A stretch of 64,000 nt of DNA, from assembly GCA_040390195.1 (NCBI GenBank), contig JAZJYV010000078.1, positions 4,362 through 68,361 of the forward strand, given 5' to 3'. The notes beneath the pieces were generated by a model. The model was not told where the DNA came from, did no database searches, and was given only the letters and a program-made list of their open reading frames with translations. Origin of the DNA: Pseudomonadota bacterium. Lineage in GTDB: Bacteria; Pseudomonadota; Gammaproteobacteria; Burkholderiales; Burkholderiaceae_D. Both the position numbers and the translations under genes were made by a program. Every line of letters begins with the position of its first letter. Within the stretch, counting starts at the first letter, position 1. Below, piece by piece: positions 1 through 10,291 of this stretch.

Positions 1-58
1 GACGGGCTAAGGGCGCTATTATAGATTCTCTGCAGGTTGCAAAAAACATATTTTGGAC

Positions 59-1723
59 TCAGGACGCCAGCAACTCGCGCGCGTGCTTGCGGGTGGTGGC
101 TGTGATCTCCAGCCCGCCCAGCATGCGCGCCACCTCTTCCACGCGCGCCTTGGCGTCGAGTACCTCGATGTGCGAGACCGTCTTGCCCTGTCCGCTGCTG
201 CCCTTGCTGACCTGGAAATGCTGGTTGGCCTGGCTGGCCACCTGCGGCAAGTGGGTCACGCACAGCACCTGGCGCTGCTGTCCCAGGCGCTTGAGCAGGC
301 GCCCCACCACTTCGGCCACGGCGCCGCCGATGCCGCTGTCGACCTCGTCGAAGATCAGGGTCGGGGTGGTCGTCGCGTTCGAGGTGATCACCGAGATGGC
401 CAGCGCGATGCGGGCCAGCTCGCCGCCCGAGGCCACCTTGGCCAGCGGGCGCGGCGCCACGCCGGCGTGGCCGGCGACCAGGAACTCGACCTGTTCGAGG
501 CCGCTGGCGAGCGGCTCGCTGGGGTGCAGGGCCACCACGAAACTGCCGCCCGTCATGTTCAATTCTTGCATCGCGGCGCTCACCTGCGTGCCCAGCATGG
601 CGCCCGCCGCGGCGCGCGTTTTCGACAGCCGCGCGGCCGCCGCCATGTAGTTGGCGCGCGCCTTATCTTCCTGCCTGCGCAAGCCTTCAAGGTCGCTGGC
701 GTCGGCCAGCTGGCGCAGTTGCGCGGCCAGGTTGGCGTGTTCCTCGGGCAGCTGTTCGGGCGCGACGCGGAACTTGCGCGCCGTGCTGTGGATCGCTTCG
801 AGCCGCGCGTCGACCTGGCGCAGGCGCTCGGGGTCGAGCTCGACCCGGTCCAGGTAATCGTTGAGCGCGTACACCGCCTCCTGCAGCTGGATGCGGGCCG
901 GTTCCATGCAGTCGAGCACCGGCTGCAGGGCGGCGTCGACCGCCACCAGCTTGCCCAGCTTCTGGTTCAGCGCGGACAGCTGCGACAGGATCGGATGGTC
1001 CGATTCGGAGATCGCGGCCAGCGCTTCCTGGGCGCCCTCGAGCAGGCTGGCGGCGTGCGACAGGCGGCTGTGCTCATTGCCGATCTCGGCCCACTCGCCC
1101 GGCTTGACGGCCAGCTTCTCGAGCTCGGCGACCTGCCATTCGAGGCGCTCGCGCTCGAGCAGCACGTTGCGCGCGTTGTGCTCGAACTGCTCGCGCTGGC
1201 GCGCCAGCGCGCGCCATGCCTTGTAGTCGGAAGCGACCAGGGCGCCGTCGGCGCCGGCGTCGGCATCGCGCAGGGCCGCCTGGGTGTCGAGCAGCGCACG
1301 CTGTGCCTCGGGCTTGAGCAGCGACTGGTGCGCGTGCTGGCCGTGGATGTCGACCAGCAGATCGCCCAGTTCGCGCAGCTGGGCCGCGGTGGCGGCAATG
1401 CCGTTGATGAAAGCCTTCGAACGGCCCGCGTTGTCGATCACGCGGCGCAGCAGGGCGCCGTCCTCGCCGCTCGCATATTCGTTCTGTTCCAGCCAGGCCT
1501 GGGCCGCGCCGGCGACCGCGAAGTCGGCCGTGATGTCGGCCTTGGGCGCGCCCTCGCGCACCACGCTGGCGTCGCCGCGCCCGCCCAGGGCCAGCTGCAG
1601 CGCGTCGATCAGGATCGATTTGCCGGCGCCGGTCTCGCCGGTGAGGACCGAGAAGCCGCTGGAAAATTCAAGTTCGATGGAGTCGACGATGACGAAGTCG
1701 CGGATGGACAGGGTACGCAGCAT
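59..1723 (-). CDS. recN: DNA repair protein RecN
   Basis: ORF 59..1762(-). Internal ATG at 1723 gives the N-terminus MLRTLSIRDFVIVD...LTGETGAGKSILIDAL (Walker A, SMC-like). The C-terminal signature GGELARIALAI is present and the length is that of full RecN. Confidence 0.9.
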   Translation of the reverse strand: MLRTLSIRDFVIVDSIELEFSSGFSVLTGETGAGKSILIDALQLALGGRGDASVVREGAPKADITADFAVAGAAQAWLEQNEYASGEDGALLRRVIDNAGRSKAFINGIAATAAQLRELGDLLVDIHGQHAHQSLLKPEAQRALLDTQAALRDADAGADGALVASDYKAWRALARQREQFEHNARNVLLERERLEWQVAELEKLAVKPGEWAEIGNEHSRLSHAASLLEGAQEALAAISESDHPILSQLSALNQKLGKLVAVDAALQPVLDCMEPARIQLQEAVYALNDYLDRVELDPERLRQVDARLEAIHSTARKFRVAPEQLPEEHANLAAQLRQLADASDLEGLRRQEDKARANYMAAAARLSKTRAAAGAMLGTQVSAAMQELNMTGGSFVVALHPSEPLASGLEQVEFLVAGHAGVAPRPLAKVASGGELARIALAISVITSNATTTPTLIFDEVDSGIGGAVAEVVGRLLKRLGQQRQVLCVTHLPQVASQANQHFQVSKGSSGQGKTVSHIEVLDAKARVEEVARMLGGLEITATTRKHARELLAS

Positions 1724-1742
1724 GAAGTGTGATTCTCGATGG

Positions 1743-2645
1743 TTAGGTGAACTTGCCTTCACCCGAAGGATACTCGTTCCAGTGCAGCTTTTCGCGCAAG
1801 GTATCGTAGTAGCTCCAGCCCTCGGGGTGCAGGAAGGTGATGCTGTTGGGCGAGCGCTCGATGACGATCTGGTCGCCGTGCATGAGGCTGGCGAAGGTTT
1901 GCATGTCGAAGTTGACGCTGATGTCGCGACCGCTGACGATCTCGACCACGATCCGGCTCGAATCGGGGATCACGATGGGCCGGTTCGACAGCGCGTGCGG
2001 GGCGATCGGCACCAGCACGATGCCGCCCAGGCTGGGGTGCAGCAAGGGGCCGCCGGCCGACAGCGAGTAGGCGGTCGAGCCGGTCGGGGTGGCGATGATC
2101 AGGCCGTCGGAGCGCTGGTTGTACATGAAATGGTCGTCGACCGTCACGCGCAGTTCGGCCATGCCGGCGCCGGCGCCGCGCGCCACCACCACGTCGTTGA
2201 CGGCCAGGCCGTGGGCGATGGTGGTGCCGTCGCGCAGCACCCGTCCCGCGAGCAAGGTGCGCTTCTCGGCCTTGGCCTTGCCGCCCAGGATGTCGCCCAG
2301 CACCGGCAGCATGCGTTCGATCGGGATGTCGGTCATGAAGCCCAGGCGCCCCTGGTTGATGCCGATCAGCGGTACCTCGAACGGCGCCAGCTGGCGCGCG
2401 ATGCCGAGCATGGTGCCATCGCCGCCCATCACCACCGCGGCGCAGGCCTGGGCGCCGATCTGGGCCACGCTGAGCGCCTCGATGCCGGGCAGGCCGAGGT
2501 GGGCCGCCGTTTCGGCCTCGAACACGACGCGGTAGCCGGCCTGCTGCAGGAAGGCCACGATGCCCGCCACGGGCGCTTCGATACCGACGGTGTTGTGCCT
2601 GACGACCAGCGCGATGGTGTTGTTCAATCCAGGCTTTGCGGGCAT
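1743..2645 (-). CDS. nadK: NAD(+) kinase
   Basis: ORF 1743..2675(-), ATG at 2645. Contains the GGDGTMLG and [10 protein letters not shown] motifs of NAD kinases. Lies 19 bp upstream of recN on the same strand. Confidence 0.9.
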   Translation of the reverse strand: MPAKPGLNNTIALVVRHNTVGIEAPVAGIVAFLQQAGYRVVFEAETAAHLGLPGIEALSVAQIGAQACAAVVMGGDGTMLGIARQLAPFEVPLIGINQGRLGFMTDIPIERMLPVLGDILGGKAKAEKRTLLAGRVLRDGTTIAHGLAVNDVVVARGAGAGMAELRVTVDDHFMYNQRSDGLIIATPTGSTAYSLSAGGPLLHPSLGGIVLVPIAPHALSNRPIVIPDSSRIVVEIVSGRDISVNFDMQTFASLMHGDQIVIERSPNSITFLHPEGWSYYDTLREKLHWNEYPSGEGKFT

Positions 2646-2768
2646 AAAATTCTCAGCAATAAGGGGCAGCGACACGCAGCAGATTACCCCATAATGGCTG
2701 CTTCTGCCATATGCGGGCGGCGTGCCGCCGCCTGTATGGATGGACAGTATATCTCGGGAGGAAGCGCA

Positions 2769-3146
2769 ATGGCAAAAGCACTGGGCGTGGGCGGCATCTT
2801 TTTCAAATCACCGGATCCGAAAGCGTTGCTGGCGTGGTACCAGGCTGCGCTGGGCTTTCCCGGCGATTCGGCCGACTACGCGTCCTTCCCGCCGGCGATG
2901 GTGCCGCCCGGCGGCAGCACCACGTTCTGCCCCTTCAAGCAGGACAGCGACTACTTCGCACCTTCCACGCGCGATTTCATGTTCAACCTGATGGTCGACG
3001 ACCTCGACGGCGCGCTGTCCCAGGTGGCGGCGGCCGGCGCCACGCTGATCGGCGAACCGGAGGACTATGGCTTCGGGCGCTTCGGCAGGTTCATGGACCC
3101 GGACGGCAACAAGGTCGAACTGTGGCAACCCAAGGACGAGTCTTAA
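2769..3146 (+). CDS. VOC (glyoxalase/bleomycin-resistance/dioxygenase) family protein
   Basis: Only the last 125 aa of track ORF 1284..3146 look coding: [17 protein letters not shown]...[20 protein letters not shown], a typical VOC fold C-terminus. GGAGGAAG RBS lies upstream of the ATG at 2769. Confidence 0.75.
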   Translation: MAKALGVGGIFFKSPDPKALLAWYQAALGFPGDSADYASFPPAMVPPGGSTTFCPFKQDSDYFAPSTRDFMFNLMVDDLDGALSQVAAAGATLIGEPEDYGFGRFGRFMDPDGNKVELWQPKDES

Positions 3147-3388
3147 AGATCGAAAACTTAATTCGTCGAGCAATCAAGATATCCACAAGTTCGTGGGGTG
3201 CGCCGACACGGTGGAAGGCGCTACGCTTTCCACACCCCCTACAAAATCAGCGCCAGGCCAAACGCGGCCAGCACGATGCTCGCCCCGGGACGGTCGCTGC
3301 GAGCATTGCGTTCCTGCACCATCCAATTGCGCGACCGGAATCGCGCCAACGCGTTAGGATTTGACTAACGTCATGGAGGGAGCGCGAG

Positions 3389-3688
3389 ATGGTCACCGAT
3401 ACCAGGGATCGCAGAACGGATCCCGCACGGGCGCGCGACGCCGGTGCCAAGCCGCTGCCGCACGAACGCGACGAGACGCCCGAGCATGGCGACCAGGCCC
3501 CGCGCGGGGTCATGCAGCAAGCCGCCGACGATCTTGAGCAAGGTCTGGTCGACACCGACCTGCACGGCATTCGCGGGGTCGAGGCCAGCGTGCCCGAGCC
3601 GGCCAAGCCGGGCCAGGCGCGCCCGCGTCCGAACGCCGGCAACGGCATGCGCCACCACACCATCGCCCACGACAAGGACAAACCGTGA
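3389..3688 (+). CDS. small charged hypothetical protein (99 aa)
   Basis: GGAGGGA RBS before the ATG and high third-position GC across the frame. The stop overlaps the GTG start of the next gene (GTGA at 3685). No recognisable domain. Confidence 0.45.
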   Translation: MVTDTRDRRTDPARARDAGAKPLPHERDETPEHGDQAPRGVMQQAADDLEQGLVDTDLHGIRGVEASVPEPAKPGQARPRPNAGNGMRHHTIAHDKDKP

Positions 3689-4989
3689 ATCCCCTGGCGG
3701 GGGGCGTCCAGCTGCTGTTGCTGCTGTGCTGTGGCGCGGCCGGAGCGCAAACCTACCCGCCCGGCTTCGGTCCGGCGCCGGTCCTGCCCGAGCCGGCAGT
3801 CACCTTGATTCCAACGGTCAAGGTCGCCAAGGCGACGCCCTGGCCAGCCGGGCACAAGCCGGTGGCAGCAGCAGGCTTGGCAGTGAGCGCGTATGCCAGC
3901 GGCCTGGCCCATCCGCGCTGGCTGTACGTGCTGCCCAACGGTGACGTGCTGGTGGCCGAGACCAACCGCCCGGCGTCCAGCGAGCATGAGGCGCCCAGCA
4001 TCAGGGGCACGATCATGCGCTTCGAACAGGGCAAGGCCGGGGCCACCAGCGCCAGCGCCAACCGCATCACGCTGCTGCGCGGGGTGGCGCCCGATGGCAC
4101 GGCGGCCAGCCGCCACATCTTCCTCGAACACCTGAACGGCCCGTTCGGCATGGCGCTGGTCGGCAACGAACTGTACGTCGCGAACGCCGACGCACTGCTG
4201 CGCTTCCCCTACCGCGAAGGCCAGACCAGCATCAGCGACAAGGGTGTCAAGGTGCTCGAACTACCTGCCGGCATCAACCACCACTGGACCAAGAACATGG
4301 TGGCCAGCCCGGATGGCAGCCACCTGTACGTATCGGTCGGCTCGAACAGCAACGTCGGCGAAAACGGCATGAACCACGAGGATGGCCGCGCCGCCGTCTG
4401 GGAGCTCGAGCGCGCCAGCGGCAAGGCGCGGGTATTCGCCAGCGGCTTGCGCAACCCGGTCGGCATGGCGTTCCAGCCGCGGGGCGGTGCCTTGTGGGTG
4501 GCCGTCAACGAGCGCGACGAGCTTGGCAACGAGCTCGTGCCCGATTACATGACGGCACTTAAAGACGGCGCTTTCTATGGCTGGCCCTACAGCTACTTCG
4601 GCGCCCACGTCGACACCCGGGTCAAGACATCGCGGCCCGATCTGGTGGCCAGGGCCCTCGTCCCCGACTACGCGCTGGGCGCGCATACAGCTTCGCTGGG
4701 ACTGGCGTTCTACGACGCCGACTTGATGCCAGCATTTCGAAACGGCGCGCTGGTCGGCCAGCACGGCTCGTGGAACCGCAAACCGTTTTCCGGCTACAAA
4801 CTGATTTTCGTCCCGTTCAGCGACGGCAGGCCGAGCGGACCGCCGCAGGACGTGCTGACCGGATTCCTCAGCACGGACGGGCGCGCCTTTGGGCGGCCGG
4901 TCGGGGTCGCGCTGGACCACGCCGGCGCGATCCTGCTGGCCGACGACGTCGGCAACACCGTCTGGCGCATCACGCCGGCGGCCAAATGA
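3685..4989 (+). CDS. PQQ-dependent sugar dehydrogenase (sorbosone dehydrogenase family), secreted
   Basis: 434 aa with signal peptide [23 protein letters not shown]. Beta-propeller-like repeats ([36 protein letters not shown]) are typical of soluble PQQ glucose/sorbosone dehydrogenases. Confidence 0.8.
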   Translation: MNPLAGGVQLLLLLCCGAAGAQTYPPGFGPAPVLPEPAVTLIPTVKVAKATPWPAGHKPVAAAGLAVSAYASGLAHPRWLYVLPNGDVLVAETNRPASSEHEAPSIRGTIMRFEQGKAGATSASANRITLLRGVAPDGTAASRHIFLEHLNGPFGMALVGNELYVANADALLRFPYREGQTSISDKGVKVLELPAGINHHWTKNMVASPDGSHLYVSVGSNSNVGENGMNHEDGRAAVWELERASGKARVFASGLRNPVGMAFQPRGGALWVAVNERDELGNELVPDYMTALKDGAFYGWPYSYFGAHVDTRVKTSRPDLVARALVPDYALGAHTASLGLAFYDADLMPAFRNGALVGQHGSWNRKPFSGYKLIFVPFSDGRPSGPPQDVLTGFLSTDGRAFGRPVGVALDHAGAILLADDVGNTVWRITPAAK

Positions 4990-5014
4990 AGTTTTTTTCA
5001 ATACGGAGGGCATC

Positions 5015-5443
5015 ATGATCAAGCGGACAGGCAACGCCATCTGGAGCGGCGGGCTCAAAGACGGCAAGGGCACCATCTCGACCCAAAGCGGGGTGCTTGA
5101 CAATACCCCATACGGCTTCATGGCGCGCTTCGAGAGCGGGCCGGGCACCAATCCCGAGGAGTTGATCGGCGCGGCCCATGCCGGCTGTTTTACGATGGCG
5201 CTGGCGGCCCAGCTGGGCGAGGCGGGCATGACGGCGGACACCCTGAAAACGAGCGCCACGGTCACGCTCGAGAAGGTCGATGGCGGATTCACGATTTCGG
5301 CCGTGCACCTGAACCTGGTGGCCAAGATCCCGGGCGCCAGCCAGGCAGCGTTTGAGGCGGCCGCGCTGAAGGCAAAGCTGAATTGTCCGGTGTCAAAATT
5401 ACTCAATGCCGCCATCACGCTCGATGCGCGATTGGAGGGTTAG
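5015..5443 (+). CDS. osmC: OsmC family peroxiredoxin
   Basis: ATG at 5015 after a GGAGGG RBS. MIKRTGNAIWSGGLKDGKGTIST...NPEELIGAAHAGCFTMAL...CPVSKLL carries both conserved OsmC cysteines. Confidence 0.85.
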   Translation: MIKRTGNAIWSGGLKDGKGTISTQSGVLDNTPYGFMARFESGPGTNPEELIGAAHAGCFTMALAAQLGEAGMTADTLKTSATVTLEKVDGGFTISAVHLNLVAKIPGASQAAFEAAALKAKLNCPVSKLLNAAITLDARLEG

Positions 5444-5503
5444 CAGGCAAGAATATGCGAGTCGGCATAAAATCGGGGCTGATTCCCTTTTGGAAAGCCT
5501 GAA

Positions 5504-5917
5504 ATGCGTATTTTGCACACCATGCTGCGGGTCGGCGACCTGCAGCGATCAATCGATTTCTATACCCGGGTCTTGGGCATGAGCTTGCTGCGCACGAGCG
5601 AGAACCCCGAGTACAAGTACACCCTGGCCTTCGTCGGCTATGGCCGGAACCCGGAGCATGCGGAGCTGGAGCTGACCTACAACTGGGGCGTGAGCGAGTA
5701 CCAGATCGGCACCGCGTACGGACACCTGGCCATTTCGGCGGACGACATCGTGGCCGCCTGCAAGGCCGTGCGCGAACATGGCGGCGACGTCACGCGCGAG
5801 CCAGGGCCGGTCAAGGGCGGCAGCACCATGATCGCCTTCGTGACCGATCCGGATGGCTACAAGATCGAGCTGATCGAGCGGAGCGACGCTGCGCGCAGCG
5901 GTGGCCTGAACGCGTAG
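5504..5917 (+). CDS. gloA: lactoylglutathione lyase (glyoxalase I)
   Basis: [26 protein letters not shown]...ELTYNWG...GYKIELIE. Near-canonical GloA sequence and length (137 aa). Confidence 0.92.
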   Translation: MRILHTMLRVGDLQRSIDFYTRVLGMSLLRTSENPEYKYTLAFVGYGRNPEHAELELTYNWGVSEYQIGTAYGHLAISADDIVAACKAVREHGGDVTREPGPVKGGSTMIAFVTDPDGYKIELIERSDAARSGGLNA

Positions 5918-6094
5918 TTCTGCTGTCGGAAAATTTTACACTTCCCCATGGGGAATATATATAGGCGTACAGCAAGTCTTTGAATTGATGGGCAATCCAT
6001 AGTTTGGCTTGATTCTTGCTTTTAATAAAGCAAGGGGCGAATCCATGCCGGATGAGCAAGAAAATTCAAGCCAAATGTCTAAGGATTTCTGAAA

Positions 6095-6664
6095 ATGAAC
6101 AAATTCATGTCGGGCGCACTCCTCGCCCTTGCACTTGGAGTTGCGGCGGCCAGCGCATCTGCCGGCACGATCACCTACACGTCGGCCACCAACACTTGGG
6201 AATATACCGGTTTCCAGAAGTCGAGCGTCGGCAACTACGCGTTTACGGGTAACGGCGCCCTCGCCGGCGACGGCGGCATTGTCGTGGGCGGCGGCTCCCA
6301 TTTCATGTGGAACGCAGGTACCATCGGTGGCGGCGTCGGCACGTATGACTGGAGCAGCTATACCGACTACTATTTCCCGGTCGGCTATCAGATTGAGGTC
6401 ATTGGCGCCACGTGGACGAACCTGGAAGTTCGCAACAGCAACCGCGGCGAAGGCATTCTCGGCTACCAGCATCTCGACAATACACAACTGGTCGGCGCGC
6501 AAATCGCCGACGGCACCGTGCTGAACGGCGTGTTCACGTTCGGCGTTTCGAACAATTCCGCAACCTGGACCTATGCTGCGAGCAATGCTGTCCCCGAGCC
6601 TGCGTCGATCGCCCTGTTCGGCCTGGGCATCCTGGGGCTGGCGCTGAGCCGCCGCAAAGCCTAA
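6095..6664 (+). CDS. PEP-CTERM sorting-domain secreted protein
   Basis: N-terminal signal MNKFMSGALLALALGVAAASASA. C-terminus VPEPASIALFGLGILGLALSRRKA has the PEP motif, a TM helix and a basic tail. Confidence 0.75.
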   Translation: MNKFMSGALLALALGVAAASASAGTITYTSATNTWEYTGFQKSSVGNYAFTGNGALAGDGGIVVGGGSHFMWNAGTIGGGVGTYDWSSYTDYYFPVGYQIEVIGATWTNLEVRNSNRGEGILGYQHLDNTQLVGAQIADGTVLNGVFTFGVSNNSATWTYAASNAVPEPASIALFGLGILGLALSRRKA

Positions 6665-6670
6665 TTTCTG

Positions 6671-6810
6671 CTAGCGTCCCGAGTCAGAAATTCGCTGACA
6701 AAATGTAGGGTGGAACCCCAAGGGGTCGAGCGCATTCCACCAGGCACGCGTCAATGTGGCGCATACATGGCGGGATGCGCTCGCCCCCTTGGGGTTCCAC
6801 CCGACATACA
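6671..6810. repeat. REP/BIME-like palindromic element, copy 1
   Basis: The left part ctagcgtcccgagtcagaaattcgctgacaaaatgtagggtggaa closely matches 55591..55635. It has internal inverted arms gtagggtggaaccccaaggggtcgagcgcat / atgcgctcgcccccttggggttccacccgacatac. Confidence 0.6.
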
Positions 6811-6843
6811 AGAACGGCGCCCGAGGGCGCCGTTCTTGTTTTG
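6810..6843. terminator. bidirectional Rho-independent terminator between the PEP-CTERM gene and tolC
   Basis: Hairpin aagaacggcgcc-cgag-ggcgccgttctt followed by gttttg. It sits between convergent genes. Confidence 0.6.
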
Positions 6844-6853
6844 CTGAAGCCGC

Positions 6854-8209
6854 TTATTTCTGCAGCAGGTCGTTGACCGGCACCAGGTCCGCTTCGCGCA
6901 GCGAGCCCGATGCCGACTTCAGGCGCAAACCGTTCATGATGGTGTCGTAGCGCGCACGCGACAGGTCGCGGCGGGTCTGGTACAACTGGCGCTGCGCATT
7001 GAGCACGTCGATGTTGATGCGCACGCCAACCTGATAGCCAAGTTTGTTCGAGTCGAGCGCCGACTGGCTCGACACTTCCGCCGCCTCCAGCGCCTTCACC
7101 TGCGCCAGGCCACTGGAGACGCCCAGGAAGGCCTGGCGCGCGCCCAGCGCGGCGCTGCGGCGCGTCGCCTCGAGGTCATTGCGGGCCTTGTCCTCGAGCG
7201 CGATCGATTCACGCACGCGGCTGGTGACGGCAAAGCCGTTGAAAATCGGCACGCTCCACTGCACGCCGATGCCCTTGTTGGTGACCGTGCCCGACGACGA
7301 GGTCTGGCCGCTCACGCTGCTGCGGGTGCCCGAGGCGACCAGGTCCAGGGTCGGCATGTGGCCGGCGCGGTTGCGCTGGATGTCGCGCTTGGCCGACTCC
7401 AGGCCCAGCTGCGCCACCACCACGCCATAGTTCTGGTTCTCGGCCGACGAGACCCAGGGCTCGCTGACAGCCGGTTGCGGCTGAGCCAGCACCACGCCCG
7501 GCTTGAGCGTCGACAGGGTGGCCGGCGCGGCGCCGATGATCGCCTGCAGCGCAGCCTTCTTGTTCTCCAGGTCGTTGACTGCGGCGAACTCGAGCGCCAC
7601 CACCAGGTCATACGCCGCCTGCGCTTCATGGGTATCGGTGATGGTCTGGGTGCCGACCTCGAAATTGCGCTTGGCCGAGGCCAGCTGTTCAGTCGTTGCC
7701 GTCTTCTGGGCGCGGGTCGATTCGAGCGTGTCTTGGGCCGCCAGCACGTCGAAATAAGCTTGCGATACACGGGTGATCAAGTCTTGCTGGGCTTGGGCAA
7801 ACAGGGCTTCGGACTGCGCCTGCTGCAGCTTGCTCTGTTCGTAGCTCTGCCAGTTGGCCCAGCGGAACAGCGGCTGGGACAGGGCCAGGGTGTAGGCGTT
7901 GGTGCGTGAGTTGGTGCTAATGCCGGGCACGACGCCCAGGCCGCTCGGCGTGGCCACGAACTGGCCTTCATTCCATGGCGAGATGTCGCTGTCGTTGCGG
8001 ATGATGCTGCCGCTCAGGCCCACGGTTGGCATCAGCAGTGACTTCCCTTGCGGAACCCGTTCCCGACCAGCTGCCAGTGCGGCGCGCGCGCTGGCATACG
8101 CAGCGTCGTTCGCCAGCGCTTGCTGGTAGACCTGAATCAGGTCGGCCGCCTGTGCGTTGAGCGAAAAAAAAGCGCTGGCAATCAGCACGGCGAGGGTGGG
8201 TTTCTGCAT
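6854..8209 (-). CDS. tolC: TolC family outer-membrane efflux channel
   Basis: ATG at 8209 gives MQKPTLAVLIASAFFSLNAQAADLIQVYQQALANDAAYASARA, the classic TolC N-terminus. About 450 aa with two repeat halves. Confidence 0.88.
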   Translation of the reverse strand: MQKPTLAVLIASAFFSLNAQAADLIQVYQQALANDAAYASARAALAAGRERVPQGKSLLMPTVGLSGSIIRNDSDISPWNEGQFVATPSGLGVVPGISTNSRTNAYTLALSQPLFRWANWQSYEQSKLQQAQSEALFAQAQQDLITRVSQAYFDVLAAQDTLESTRAQKTATTEQLASAKRNFEVGTQTITDTHEAQAAYDLVVALEFAAVNDLENKKAALQAIIGAAPATLSTLKPGVVLAQPQPAVSEPWVSSAENQNYGVVVAQLGLESAKRDIQRNRAGHMPTLDLVASGTRSSVSGQTSSSGTVTNKGIGVQWSVPIFNGFAVTSRVRESIALEDKARNDLEATRRSAALGARQAFLGVSSGLAQVKALEAAEVSSQSALDSNKLGYQVGVRINIDVLNAQRQLYQTRRDLSRARYDTIMNGLRLKSASGSLREADLVPVNDLLQK

Positions 8210-8260
8210 TGCATTCTCCATGGGAGTCATCAAGAAAAAAGGGTTAGTAAAGCAGGTGAT

Positions 8261-8584
8261 TCAATACTTCGGCATGGCGAGATCGACCTGCACAGCCCAG
8301 GCGTGAACACCGCCCGTCAGGTTGGACATCCGGGTAAAACCATTGCGTTCCAAAAATGCCGCTACTTGCATACTGCGCGCGCCGTGGTGGCAGATGCAGA
8401 CGATTTCGGCATCCTCATCGAGTTCCTCGATGCGTGCCGGAATTGTGTTCATGGCGATTTGAATCGAGCCGGCAATCATGCAGGTCTCGACTTCCCAATT
8501 CTCGCGCACGTCCAGCAACAGCGGGCGCGGGCGCGAGGGGTCGGCCAGCCATGCGGCCAACTCGGGAGCGGAGACATGGTTCAT
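8261..8584 (-). CDS. rhodanese-like domain protein
   Basis: MNHVSAPELAAWL...LLLDVRENWE...VCICHHGARS has the active-site loop CxxxGxR(S). Single-domain size. Confidence 0.8.
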   Translation of the reverse strand: MNHVSAPELAAWLADPSRPRPLLLDVRENWEVETCMIAGSIQIAMNTIPARIEELDEDAEIVCICHHGARSMQVAAFLERNGFTRMSNLTGGVHAWAVQVDLAMPKY

Positions 8585-8591
8585 GGGTGGC

Positions 8592-9245
8592 TCAAAAACT
8601 GAAATGCGAGGGCGTGGCCGCACCATTGAGCGGCTTGACGTTGGTTTCGAACACCTTGACGGTATCGTAGGCCAGTTCCGAGACGCGGGTGATCACCTGA
8701 GCCGTCATCACCGGCGCCTGGCCGAGAATGACCGCCAGGCGGCCGCCGACCTTGATCTGCTTGAGGAACGCTTCCGGCAGCACTTCCAGCGCACCAGAGA
8801 CGACGATCACGTCGTAAGGTGCACCCTTGGCCCAGCCTTCGGCGCCGTTGCCCAGTTCCACCGTCACGTTGTGGATGCCGGCCTTGACCAGGTTCTGTTC
8901 GGCCATCGCCTTCAGTTCCGGATTCGATTCCACGGTCGTCACATGGCGCCCCTTGTGCGCGAGCAAGGCGGCCATGTAGCCGGAGCCGCTGCCAATTTCG
9001 AGCACGTTCTCGTGCTTTTTGACGCCAACTTCCTGCAACAGGCGCGCTTCGAGCTTGGGGGTGAACATCGCTTCGCCGCCCGGCAGGGGGATTTCGGTGT
9101 CGACAAAGGCCAGGCTCGTGTAAGCGGCGGGCACGAAATCTTCGCGCTTGACGACCACCAGCAGGTCGAGGACGTCCTGGTCCAGTACGTTCCAGGGGCG
9201 GATTTGCTGTTCAATCATGTTAAATCGGGCTTGTTCGATATTCAT
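8592..9245 (-). CDS. pcm: protein-L-isoaspartate O-methyltransferase family protein
   Basis: ATG at 9245. Contains the SAM-binding motif VLEIGSGSGYMAALLA and PCMT-like flanks. The tolC-rhodanese-pcm order is a conserved Burkholderiales arrangement (from memory). Confidence 0.8.
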   Translation of the reverse strand: MNIEQARFNMIEQQIRPWNVLDQDVLDLLVVVKREDFVPAAYTSLAFVDTEIPLPGGEAMFTPKLEARLLQEVGVKKHENVLEIGSGSGYMAALLAHKGRHVTTVESNPELKAMAEQNLVKAGIHNVTVELGNGAEGWAKGAPYDVIVVSGALEVLPEAFLKQIKVGGRLAVILGQAPVMTAQVITRVSELAYDTVKVFETNVKPLNGAATPSHFSF

Positions 9246-9404
9246 TATTGGCTCGGTAAGTGGTAGATAATCCGATATTTTATCGTTGAACGGCCTCAGA
9301 ACGCACATCTTAACGACACGAAGGGCAAACGGCATGAAATTGCGACAGTCTGCAGTTTAAAGGGAATGAACGCCCGGAAACAGCGATTTGACGTTTTTGA
9401 CAAC

Positions 9405-10055
9405 TCACCGGGCCGCCGAATCGGGCGGCAGCAAGCCGTGCAGTGCCATCGCCAGGAAGGCGTCGAGGAAGGCCTGCGGGGCGAGCGCACCCTGGCCGCA
9501 AGGGCCGTTGGTGTGTTTCCACATGATCAGCATGAGCATCGGGGCAATCAGCACCTGGGTCGTCACAGCCACGTCGAGCGGGCGGAATTCACCTTTCGCG
9601 ACGGCCACGGCGAGCATGCCGGCGATCATCGCGGTGGCGCGGTCGATCACTTCTTCCTGGTAAAAACGCGCAAGATCGGGGAAATTGCCCGCTTCGGCCA
9701 TCACCAGCTTGACGATGCCGGACGCCTTGGTGGCCCCCATGCGTTCCCACCAGCCCAGCATCACGGCGCGCATCAGGTCCGCGCTGTGGCCGTCGAAGCC
9801 GGCAATGATGTCTTCGGCCGCACCGATGGCCGGCACGATGTTTTCGCGCACCACGGCTTTGAACAGTTCTTCCTTGTTGGTGAAATACAGGTAGAGCGTG
9901 CCTTTGGAAACGCCGGCGCGCCTGGCCACGTCTTCCAGCCGGGTCGACGCGAAACCGCGCTCGACGAACAGGTCGAGGGCGGCGGCCAGCAGTTCCTGCG
10001 GGCGCGCATCCTTGCGGCGCTCCCAGCGCGGCTTGATCTCAAAGGGGCATTGCAT
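9405..10055 (-). CDS. TetR/AcrR family transcriptional regulator
   Basis: The HTH region ELLAAALDLFVERGFASTRLEDVARRAGVSKGTLYLYFTNKEELF is canonical TetR. Confidence 0.87.
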   Translation of the reverse strand: MQCPFEIKPRWERRKDARPQELLAAALDLFVERGFASTRLEDVARRAGVSKGTLYLYFTNKEELFKAVVRENIVPAIGAAEDIIAGFDGHSADLMRAVMLGWWERMGATKASGIVKLVMAEAGNFPDLARFYQEEVIDRATAMIAGMLAVAVAKGEFRPLDVAVTTQVLIAPMLMLIMWKHTNGPCGQGALAPQAFLDAFLAMALHGLLPPDSAAR

Positions 10056-10064
10056 GGCGATTCC

Positions 10065-10075
10065 GGTAACTTACC
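10065..10075. promoter_or_regulatory. 11-bp palindrome GGTAACTTACC next to the TetR start (possible operator)
   Basis: Perfect odd palindrome about 10 bp upstream of the TetR ATG. The assignment rests on position alone. Confidence 0.25.
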
Positions 10076-10157
10076 TACGAGTCATTTAATATAGTCGCCA
10101 CTTGTCATGCCGTCAAGCATCAACGCAAGTGTTTCGTCCTAATAGATTTTTGAACAA

Positions 10158-10182
10158 AATAATAAATTCTTGAATAGGAGGG
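10158..10182. repeat. left copy of the 23-bp inverted repeat (aataataaattcttgaataggaggg)
   Basis: The reverse complement of 14054..14076 matches at 22 of 23 positions. A second degenerate copy lies at 10185..10210 and a third TTTTTGAAC-type copy at about 10146. Confidence 0.7.
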
Positions 10183-10291
10183 ATGGGCGAAATATTAAAT
10201 TCTTGAACGCCCCCCACCAATTCTAAACATTGAAATCGCAGCTTCAGCGGACGCAGACTTTTGAAATTGCATAGCAAAAGCGCTTACCAGA

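Noticed and set aside
53-1732. 559-aa ORF on the plus strand opposite recN. Similar long antisense ORFs occur at 19685..21475, 22605..24185, 24278..25582, 25419..27041, 27249..29411, 30288..32084, 34180..35832, 40186..41547, 41629..43260, 47716..50040 and 58119..60554.
   Set aside because: They are Arg/Ala/Gly/Pro-rich, low-complexity translations lying exactly opposite genes with unmistakable family motifs. These are the typical shadow ORFs of high-GC DNA, which has few stop codons in antisense frames.
1724-1800. Looked for a LexA/SOS box (CTGT-N8-ACAG) upstream of recN.
   Set aside because: No such motif was seen in the short nadK-recN spacer or the adjacent nadK 3' end, so SOS control cannot be claimed from this sequence.
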